A DNA stretch of 63,980 bases, the filler included, from Welwitschia mirabilis (taxonomy: Eukaryota): the NCBI GenBank assembly GCA_051453625.1. It is 8 parts of one record of this genome, joined end to end, with 100 filler letters (N's around TTAATTAATTAA, not from the genome) between each part and the next. Parts side by side here need not be neighbours in the genome. Positions count along the whole stretch, not along the records: positions 54,556 to 55,993 come from JBOZIK010000001.1; positions 56,094 to 58,126 come from JBOZIK010000001.1; positions 58,227 to 62,617 come from JBOZIK010000001.1; positions 62,718 to 63,980 come from JBOZIK010000001.1; 4 more parts are not named here. One strand, written 5' to 3'. The notes beneath the pieces were generated by a model. The model saw only the letters and a list, made by a program, of their open reading frames with translations, did no database searches and was not told the origin of the DNA. The position numbers were made by a program, and so were the translations under genes. Positions 54,556-63,980 of the stretch are shown here, piece by piece (positions within the stretch are counted from its first letter, which is position 1; every line of letters starts with the position of its first letter).

Positions 54556-55092
54556 ATTTGCTGTCATTTTATTATTGTCTTTGACGCCTGTATATCCCAT
54601 GTTGATATAGAACTACCACCTATGTGAACACTTCATTTATGGGCAGCTAAGGCTACATTTGGTGGTGTTCTAGTTGTTTGGATTTATTTATCCTGCTAAG
54701 TATCTTTCTCTCAAGTGACAACTAATACATTAGAAACAAAGGAAGAACTAACTAAAGGAAGAAATGAAGTACCTCTTAAGTTTACACTAACTAAAGGAAG
54801 AACTAACATTCAGATCTTCCTGTCTTCGCTGCGTGCTGCGTGTGTGAGTTCCTATGAAAATTGCTTTCGTTACTGGCTGCGTGTGTGACCCGTTTCTGTC
54901 TCGTTTTTACCCTTTTTAAAGCCTTTTTAAATACCCTTTTTGCAAACCCTTTCCGGTGAGTCCAGCGAGTTCGGCGACGAGTCCACGATCTCTAGACTTG
55001 TCTCTGCGAGTTCGGTGTTTCAGACTCGCGGCGAACCGCGAACTCACAGACTCGCCTAACTCGCCGGACTCGCCGCACGTCTGACAACAGTG
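54556..55092 (-). mobile_element. Terminus of a young hAT-like DNA transposon inserted right after the copia gag
   Basis: Minus strand begins CACTGTTGTCAGAC (TIR-like) followed by many CGAGTC/CGAGTT/GACTCG subterminal motifs, and is CpG-rich. A possible BED-finger start (W..TGVKDNNKMTA) lies near 54600. Confidence 0.55.
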
Positions 55093-55914
55093 ATTCAGAT
55101 ACAAGGAAACTGACATCTTCTTCAACTTGATTCACCTAAGAAGAGGACTCTTTTGTTTTTCCCCTTTTGGTCTTCTTCTTTTGTTTTGCTTTCCATGCAT
55201 AGCATTCCTTTTGTCTATTGCTTTTTTCTTACAAAACCAGCATTCCATATTCCTGGTACGAGACACACCTCTACTCTTATATCTCCCCTTGCTTTGGTCA
55301 TGTTTGCGGTTCCTGCCTTTGTTTTTAGCCACGAAGGCACCTTCAGATGTCGACGCTTCATTCAACTTGACCTTAGAATCTTAAAGTGTAGAAACAACCT
55401 GTTCAAATGTCATAGAAGTAATATGCATGGACGTAATGATTGAATTCACTATTGCAGACCATGAATCTGACAAGGAATCCAAAAGAGCATAAGACTTCAC
55501 CAAATCTGGAATAACAATTTTACACTCCTCTAACTTAACTAGATTACCCATCATCTCATCTAGGCGATCTTGCAAAGGGACTTCATGTCTTTTCTTCGCT
55601 TTGAAAACCTTTTGACAAATGTGAAAAGTATTTAAACCAGAAGTTTTATCAATCCTGTTTTTCAAGGTGTGCCAGAGATCATGAGGCTTCATGTCGTATT
55701 TGATAGACTGCAAAATGCCATTATTTAAACATGGATGGATGTAGGACAGAGCCTTAGTCTTCATCCTTGTCCAGTCTTCATCTTCCATGAAGATAGGTTT
55801 CTTTGACTCGAGGGCTTTTGCACAATCCTTCTGTGCCAAGACAACCTTCATCAAAATAGACCAAACATTCCGGTTTCGTCCAACGAGCTTGTCTGTTGTC
55901 TGCAACATCTCCAT
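55093..55914 (-). pseudogene. Copia-type gag no. 2 (UBN2/Retrotran_gag_2-like plus zinc knuckle)
   Basis: MEMLQTTDKLVGRNRNVWSILMKVVL...LLDSLSDSW...TFEQVVSTL, then KSRGVSRTRNMECWFCKKK (CCHC knuckle). Few disruptions; cut by the hAT-like terminus. Confidence 0.85.
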
Positions 55915-56093
55915 TATCAACACAAAAAGAACAGGTATTTAGACGTAGAATGATGATGTCGCCACGCCCCCCTCAAAAAAAATTTCGCTTGCANNNNNNN
56001 NNNNNNNNNNNNNNNNNNNNNNNNNNNNNNNNNNNNNTTAATTAATTAANNNNNNNNNNNNNNNNNNNNNNNNNNNNNNNNNNNNNNNNNNNN

Positions 56094-56722
56094 CGAACAT
56101 CTAGGGCTTTTCCAACAGACTTAGTAGCCCTAGGCTTGTACGCATTCAGAAGCTTTGAAATTATAGTATTCAGGCGTGGCATAGTATCTGAGGCATTTAT
56201 TAGGCTAGTGTGAACAGTCTCCCAACAATCAGGCAAGGAATTGAGAATCGTGATTACCCTTAGGTTTTCTTCACACGTCACCCTCGGGTCATCCAACTGT
56301 GTGAATAGGCCGTTCATCTCGTCTAGGTGTGCTTGCAACGACACACCTTCTTTTATCTTCATCTTGAAGACCTTGTTAACAATATAAAATTGATTCATGC
56401 TAGTAGGCTAATCATACCTCAACATCAAAATCTGCCACAGTTCAGCTGTTGTAGAAATCTTGCTATTGGATTGAAGAATCCTGTTGCCAAGGCACGACTG
56501 AATCAACGAAAGCGTCCTTCTGTTAAGTTTCTTCCACTCTTCGTCAGGGTACTTCTTCAGCCATTCTGCATCAGAAAGTCCAGATGCCGCGTTTGCATCT
56601 GCTTCCGTTTTTAGGACAACGTCACATTCCTTCTGACAAAGGATGTCTTCCATCAAAATCTTCCATATGCTCTAGTTCTCAGCTCCGATTAGTCAGTCGC
56701 TCGTCTACAGACGCTCCATCAT
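56094..56722 (-). pseudogene. Copia-type gag no. 1 (UBN2-like)
   Basis: One frame from ATG 56722: MMERL*TSD*LIGAEN*SIWKILMEDILCQKEC...ELWQILMLRYD*PTSMNQF...ILNSLPDCWE..., with only point stops. It runs into the gap. Confidence 0.85.
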
Positions 56723-56872
56723 AGTTTCATTGTATCACTGGACGGATAGGTGCCAAATGCGTTGTATGGACACCCAAAAAATTTCGGGCACGTGCTTCGC
56801 GCGTGCAAGCTTGCTCTGCTTTGCTCCGCAACCTCCGCTCCGCTCTAGTTGCTTCGTTGACTCTGCTTGCAA

Positions 56873-57266
56873 GGTTGACGAACACAAAGCTTATCAATGC
56901 AGTAAGAGAACACGGAGACATAAAGATTTACGTGGGAAACCCCAATGAGGGGAAAAACCATGGAAAAGCAGTGCAGAGCTCTATTGTCTTAAAGAGTGCA
57001 AGCCAAGAACAGGCTTCAAGCCAACAACAGGCTTCAGGCAAGAATGCCTCACAGAACTCTATTGACTCTCTATCTCGCAAACAAACAAACCTCACAGCAC
57101 CATTAAATAGGCCAAGGGTCAACAATCCATTAAGGTTATAAGCCAAAACCCTAAAGAGGGTATTATCTCTTTCTTGACACATGTCCCATCTCTACTTAAC
57201 GCGCTCAAGGATGGTTTAAAATAGATCCTTTTACATATTAAAGTGGGGTCAATGTAAAACATAACA
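56873..57266 (-). repeat. 5' LTR of the young copia-like gag-bearing element
   Basis: Minus-strand start TGTTATG, a CCTATTTAA TATA-like box, and the plant copia LTR motif GATTTACGTGGGAAACCC...GGGGAAAAACCATG (plus strand). It lies ~150 bp upstream of gag no. 1. Confidence 0.65.
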
Positions 57267-57269
57267 TTA

Positions 57270-57860
57270 GGGACATTACAAAATAAATAAATTTGGCTTC
57301 ACATATTAACATTTCTCATCCTTATTTGGTTCATGAGTTTTGTTTCAACAAATTTCTACTACTTCATTTGCTTGAATACTGCTTGTCATTTGCACTACCC
57401 ATGAGAGGTAATTTGATTTAGTATTGTTTTCATCAATGGATGATCGTGTCCATTCAGAATAGGCTAGTAACTAATTTTTGACTAAACCTAACTATTTTGT
57501 GTGATCCACAAATCAAATTGTGGAGTGATTGTTCTGTGAATAGGCGAAGCTTGTTTTCCAACACAATGAAGTTGGAAGGTCTAACATGTGAGCACATTCA
57601 AAGGCATATCTTGTAATGTGTAAATGGAAAATTGTAGCTCAAAATCTAGGTTTTGAACTGCAAACGACGTTTAAATTTCCAAGTAGTCAATGACAATTAA
57701 CAAGCTTTCATTATTGCATGAAGAATCTTAATATAGGCCTTCATATGACAAGGATTAGGGGACAAATAACTAGAGAAAGTCATGTACCAAAAACATAGTA
57801 TTATAGTATTGGAACCACGTTATGGTCTAATAAAATGATGTGACATGATAAAACTTGCCC
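57270..57860 (+). mobile_element. Possible MuDR/Mutator transposase relic (SWIM finger)
   Basis: CAATGAAGTTGGAAGGTCTAACATGTGAGCAC reads Q(W)KLEGLTCEH (SWIM-like W-x-L-x-G-x-P-C-x-H) at ~57564. Confidence 0.4.
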
Positions 57861-58226
57861 ACTAAGGATGATTACGTAACAAATGATATGTTACCTATAT
57901 GCATCTTTGTAACATGCATGAATAAGGGTGTAAGGAACATGAGAGATAATTTAAGTTTAATGAAAATAAAATGTACTATCATAGTGATATTTCCAAGTTT
58001 TGTTTTGAAGCCTAAGACACTGTATAAAATTAACATTTTAGAACAAAAAGGAAATAGAATAAGCTACATAGGAAAAAGCATAAAACATGTCCAAAAAAAA
58101 ATATTTTATGAAATGAGAAGGTTACANNNNNNNNNNNNNNNNNNNNNNNNNNNNNNNNNNNNNNNNNNNNTTAATTAATTAANNNNNNNNNNNNNNNNNN
58201 NNNNNNNNNNNNNNNNNNNNNNNNNN

Positions 58227-58637
58227 AAGATTCCTTTTCAAATTGACTACTATTTCATTTTTTTTCCCTTTATCGATTTCTTTTATAGACTTAATAAGTG
58301 TTCCTTCTATGTAGAACAGATCCATTGTTTAGTTGTGGATGTGAGTTAGGTCCTTTTCAAATTAACTATAGCTCTCTATTGTAATCGCTTTTCAGATTTT
58401 TTTTTCCTTACCTTTGCCTATTGTGATTTCAGTATATCATTACAAACTTATGGATGTGAGTAAAGTCCCCTTACAAATTGACTATAGTACTTTTTTTTCT
58501 CTTATTACTTTTACTTCTTGAGTTAAAAAGTGTTCTTTGTATGTAGGATAGATCCATTGCTCAGTTATGGATGTGAGTAAGATCCCCTTGAAAATCAACT
58601 ATACCACACAACTTGTCATCTCTTCTTTCCTTTACAT
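58227..58637 (+). repeat. ~117-bp tandem units (4 copies, dimeric) in a probable copia LTR
   Basis: The TCC(T/C)TT..AAAT..ACTA core recurs at ~58231, 58350, 58466 and 58582. The last three are preceded by TGGATGTGAG. The array lies upstream of a copia gag relic. Confidence 0.7.
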
Positions 58638-58759
58638 TAAGTATAGCAAGTTCAAAGGCAAGTTTTAGGTGTTGTCAGAGTCTTTCACACTAGTATTGAC
58701 ATCTACAGTCATGACCAACATCAGAGTCAATCTTTAAGATGATCAAAGATGTGAAGATT

Positions 58760-60332
58760 GACATGAAGATTTCATGTCAACTAGCTACATATATGGTATT
58801 GACACTAATTTTTTTTGAGAAAGCGCATGTTCTTCTTTAACTTCTAGAGGAAGAAAATGCTTGGAAGTCTATTGATAATAAGTTGACAAAAATTGTGAGA
58901 AAATCTATGACTTCATAGCATATGAAGCTGGTAGATCATGGTAAGACTAGTTACACCAACTTCATCACATTGCAAAATACGTTCAATTCCAAGAATGGTT
59001 TGGAGCTTATTAATATCATCACAAGAATCAATAATTTCCATTATGAAAAAGTTAGATGTGATAATTAATTACACAAATGATTGATATTAAATTGAAGGTT
59101 GTTGAAATTAATCCATAGTACAAAGTTTTCATATAACATGTCAACTTGGTTTAGATGTTTTTTGGAGGATTCATCTTTATATAGCTACATTATGTTACTG
59201 CATAGTCGTAGGAAAGTACCACAAATGCCCTTTCATCCATTCAATAAAGATATTCTAGCTATCGAAGCACAATTTAAATTTGGCAGTACCTCATCCTCTG
59301 AAGCTACATTCAAAGTTTCACATCCTTATAATGGATCACATTCCCAAAAAAAATTCTTTGAGTAAATATTCTTTAATGTCAAACATCATGACAAGGATAA
59401 AGCTTCTTAGAAATTATAAGCAACTCCATCTCCTTAATGCCATCAGTCTCAGTCAAAGACGAAACCACATTAGAATAATTTTACTTTGAAGAATACATAT
59501 TAGTGTTTGCATTATGGAAGAAAAGGTCATACACTAATTATTTTCAAATACCTTGGGATAAAATTACAGCTACTCCTAATGTGAATGTAGCTATTGATGA
59601 CAGTGGTTCCTTGAATAATGTTGAATGCTATGAATCTATTTCCACATTTCAAAGTCATGATTTTGTATATATGAGTGAAATCACACCTCATGACAAATCT
59701 TAGATTTAAATAATAATGCAACCAGGCATATGAACTATAGTTGTGCCTATTTCAATGACTTCATAACATAGCCTAGTCAAGATATTTAATAGACAAAACT
59801 CCAGCTCCTGTGGAAGGTTATGATATAGCTACCTTTTAGTTTCTTTCTCTCTTATAGTAAACACTCTTTCATGTTTTGCATGTCCATCTTGTAAGGTCAC
59901 ACCGTTTCTCTCTTTCCACATTAATCAGAGAAGATCTTTCTATCTCCATGAAAAAGGATTTCATTGATGGTTTTGATGCTTTTCAAAACCTTATTATGAA
60001 AGGCTACATGGATGGTAAAATAATGATTCTTCAAGAATATGCAAGTATGTGTGAAATTTCCTATCATATCTCATAAGAAGAAATTTCCCCATTACTTATA
60101 TTAAATGCTTGCTTGGGTTCTTCTAGTCCATGTTCATTAACTCAATGCATGAGAATACTGATAACATGTAAAAATTGATATTTATATCAAATATATCAGA
60201 CTAATTTAGCATAGGCAGAGATATTAATTTAACAATTTCATCATGAAGATATATCTTCTATCATTTTTTATGCCATGAGTGAATTTATGCTTTTATCCAT
60301 AATGTTTTTATGTTTTTAGCCATGTTTTGAAA
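58760..60332 (+). mobile_element. Decayed Ty1/copia gag-protease-(pre-integrase)
   Basis: Zinc knuckle CLHYGRKGHT (~59504), protease S(W)I.NNNATRHM (WILDSGATRHM-like, ~59698), and LCHE (LWHxRLGH-like, ~60268). Confidence 0.7.
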
Positions 60333-61407
60333 NNNNNNNNNNNNNNNNNNNNNNNNNNNNNNNNNNNNNNNNNNNNNNNNNNNNNNNNNNNNNNNNNNNN
60401 NNNNNNNNNNNNNNNNNNNNNNNNNNNNNNNNNNNNNNNNNNNNNNNNNNNNNNNNNNNNNNNNNNNNNNNNNNNNNNNNNNNNNNNNNNNNNNNNNNNN
60501 NNNNNNNNNNNNNNNNNNNNNNNNNNNNNNNNNNNNNNNNNNNNNNNNNNNNNNNNNNNNNNNNNNNNNNNNNNNNNNNNNNNNNNNNNNNNNNNNNNNN
60601 NNNNNNNNNNNNNNNNNNNNNNNNNNNNNNNNNNNNNNNNNNNNNNNNNNNNNNNNNNNNNNNNNNNNNNNNNNNNNNNNNNNNNNNNNNNNNNNNNNNN
60701 NNNNNNNNNNNNNNNNNNNNNNNNNNNNNNNNNTGAATTTATGCTTTTATCCATAATGTTTTTAGGTTTTTAGCCATGTTTTGAAACACATGTCTAAAGA
60801 CGAACTTAACTCTACATAAAACGATGGCTGTGTAGGAGACATGTGCTAGTGGCACCAAGTAGGAATCTTCCAAAAGCTACCTATTGAACTCTTCATAACA
60901 ATTCCCAAAAAACATTACAAGATTAAGATTCCAACCTTCTCACCAAATGCTACAAGACAAAGATTCGAATCACTCCACTAAATGATATAAGATGAAGATT
61001 CCAATCACTTTATCAAATGGTACAAGATGGAATCTCAATTATACCATCTTACATAAAAGGACAAGGAACCCCAAATATCCTACCCCTTACCTTTACTATG
61101 AAAAGGGCCAAGTGCCCGACTTTGAAAATCATCACTTGATGAGAAGCACATCCTTGAAGTAAAGGAGCCTTCTAGCATGTCATTCTAAATTCTCCCTTGG
61201 GAACAAGCTAGCCTTAAGACTAGCTTGATGTCTTTTTAATCAAGCCTTAGGTTTGTTTGATTAATGTACTGTAATTCATATTTTAATAATAAATGATACT
61301 AGTGTTTCTTGATTCGAAGTTGTAAGTCATTTCATAGTTTTAGTAGTTGAATAAAGCTATAATATTGCCAAGTTACTTGTATTCTTATGCAAGTCTTTCA
61401 TGTTTAT

Positions 61408-62238
61408 TGTCATGACCCGGTTTTTGGAATGGACTTAAATGTATGAATTCTTTTCAAAATTGAATTTCATGACATTCATTAAACATTATAATAGATTTAT
61501 TAGGTTGTGACTGAGAGACTTACCTCTCAGTTACTCATAGGATACACCTCAAGTAAACTTTGTGATAATATCTCACATATCTAATACCATGACCAATCTT
61601 AAGGTTAATCAGAAATATCAATTAGGAACACACATAAGAAGTGTGTAGGCTATAATCAAGTGGTTGGTTGTGCTAATAGCTAAGCAACCACGCCTACATC
61701 ATCCTCATCTAGAGGAGTTTAGACCACACGTAGTTCTATCTTTGACCTCATTATAATATCCACTAATACGCATGAGCGTAAGACAGATCAAAGTGGCTCA
61801 TATCAGTGGCATGTGGCGATCCTAGGAATGAAAGAATGCAAAGAATAATGCAAGAACTTAATATTTAAACCAACATTAATAGATATCATACAAAAATATA
61901 TATACATATGCATAGTAGCTATATGTAAAAGTAGAGAAGGCAATTGGTCAAAAAACTCTCGAGATTAAGCATTCAATCCAGTTAAGAAATTCTAATGCAT
62001 GAATGGTGATAATACACCTATTAATATAAATCAGATATATGGGCATCCAAACGTATATATATATATAAACCCCTAATCACTTGATCAAAATATTGATTGG
62101 TAACCTCAATTACCAAGCACAAGAAACCCCTCATATCTTGATGGCATCTTGGTGAGAGCCAATGGAGGGGAAATATCATTATAGAATGTCATTATAGTAA
62201 ACTCACGCAAAAGTATGATTAACACATACACATGCGCA

Positions 62239-62279
<41 letters not shown>

Positions 62280-62617
62280 GCACGCAAACCCCATTTTGGT
62301 GAGGTACCTCTTATCTACTCCTTTTATAACATAGCATAATGAATCTAATAATATATAAATATAAAATGCTAGAGAGAATAGCCTATATGCAACTGATTAA
62401 GTCAATAGTCTCAACAAACTTAGCTCAATAGAAGTTAAAGGATAAAGGTAGCTAATTAAATACCTAAATATTTCAATCAGAATCATACAATAATTTCTAT
62501 TATTATATCATTTTATGCATAAGATAATAAATAACTACTTGGAATATTTAACTCATATGCATGAACATGTAGGAAATTATATTTAAGGATACATAACTCG
62601 AAAGCGTTAAGAATACT
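61408..62617. mobile_element. Possible Tekay/Del-like LTR segment containing a (CA)n microsatellite (~62222-62286)
   Basis: Begins TGTCATGACCCGG, resembling TGTCACGACCC LTR termini. No partner LTR is present in the window. Confidence 0.3.
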
Positions 62618-62717
62618 NNNNNNNNNNNNNNNNNNNNNNNNNNNNNNNNNNNNNNNNNNNNTTAATTAATTAANNNNNNNNNNNNNNNNNNNNNNNNNNN
62701 NNNNNNNNNNNNNNNNN

Positions 62718-63980
62718 CATTTAGAGGAAGTCTTAAATTGATGCATTTCTAATGGCCTCCACTTGAGTTGGAAAAAGAGTCATTTTCTTGTAGAGAATGG
62801 TATTGTTTTAAGTCGACATATTTCTAGGGAGAGGATTAAGATGGATGCTTCTAAAGTTGGTATTATTAAAAATCTTAGTCCCCTCACAAATGTTAAATAG
62901 ATCTAATCCTTCCTTGGTCATTGTGGTTTTTACCATCAGTTCATTTGTGTTTATACNNNNNNNNNNNNNNNNNNNNNNNNNNNNNNNNNNNNNNNNNNNN
63001 NNNNNNNNNNNNNNNNNNNNNNNNNNNNNNNNNNNNNNNNNNNNNNNNNNNNNNNNNNNNNNNNNNNNNNNNNNNNNNNNNNNNNNNNNNNNNNNNNNNN
63101 NNNNNNNNNNNNNNNNNNNNNNNNNNNNNNNNNNNNNNNNNNNNNNNNNNNNNNNNNNNNNNNNNNNNNNNATCATAGCAAATCATTGTCTAGAGATCAA
63201 ATGAATTACATCACTATAGAGAAAGAGATGCTTGCCATTATTTTTTGCCTTGATTCTCTTAGACATTATCTTTTAGGCTTTTACATGAATGTTTATACCA
63301 ATCATGCTGCCATTTGTTACCTCATGACTAAGAAAGATTTTAGTATCCATTTGATTAGATGGATCCTTTTTATGCAAGAATTCAATTTGACCATCATAGA
63401 TAAAGTAGGAAGCACAATTCTATTGCCAATCATTTATCTCAACTTCCTTATTGATGATTCCTTTTCTGACAAGCAGCTTTTTGCTATTTCTTCTTCTCAT
63501 CCTCCTCCATGGTATGTCGATATTGTAAACTATCTTGTAACCATGAAAACACCACAAAAATGGACCTATCACCAATGTAAATTTTTTTCTCTATCGTATA
63601 AGTGACTATGAGTGGATTGAGCCACATTTGTATCATAGGTGCAAGGACCAGATTATGATAAAATGTGTGCTCAATTGGGAAATACCTGAGATTCATCATC
63701 TTTGTCATAGTGGTGTGAAGGACATTTTAGTGGACATAAAACTTCCATTTAAATCCTTCATTCTAATTTTTACTGGCCTTCTCTTTTCTGTGATTTGTTT
63801 GATTTTGTTAGAAGATGTGATTCTTGTTAGCATTTTGGTAGCCTTATTCATTCCCAGGAAATGCCCCTTAGACCTATTCTTTAGTGTGAGCCTTTTGATT
63901 GTTGGGGTATTGATTTCATGGGCCCTATTTACCCATCTTTTTTTAATAAAAATTACATTTTAGTGGCTATTGATTATGTG
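62718..63980 (+). mobile_element. Athila-lineage Ty3/gypsy pol relic (RT end, RNase H, integrase start)
   Basis: [100 protein letters not shown]. Confidence 0.92.

Noticed and set aside
56727-57182. Several 64-112 aa ORFs on both strands
   Set aside because: They fall in the GC-richer LTR/leader of the copia-like element; chance open frames with no recognisable domain.
22679-62673. Seven recurrences of palindromic TTAATTAATTAA
   Set aside because: Always centred in 100-bp N runs; an artificial six-frame-stop scaffold linker, not biology.

Overview
AT-rich eukaryotic (plant-like) heterochromatic DNA from a gapped draft assembly. I found no intact host gene, RNA gene or CRISPR array. Almost the whole window is a nested stack of old transposons decayed by C>T/G>A changes: L1-type LINE relics, Ty3/gypsy Athila and Tat/Ogre relics, several Ty1/copia relics, a hAT terminus, a MuDR relic, micro/minisatellites, and N-gaps (seven contain an artificial TTAATTAATTAA linker). 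The most unusual signal is an unclassified LTR family I call 'family X'. One copy lies at ~1275-17725 and is split by an 11-kb insertion; a complete copy lies at 46734-50126 with a candidate CATAT target-site duplication. It has a tRNA-Met PBS, a copia-like PPT and no recognisable RT or integrase. Its decayed ORF carries motifs that look by eye like Caulimoviridae capsid protein, and its LTR ends carry stacked relic PBS units. Other notable structures are a three-LTR tandem non-autonomous Athila-like element (4159-15268) and a young copia-like region with two paralogous gag genes in tandem (55093-57266, separated by a gap). All protein calls come from manual translation and motif recognition; no database search was run.
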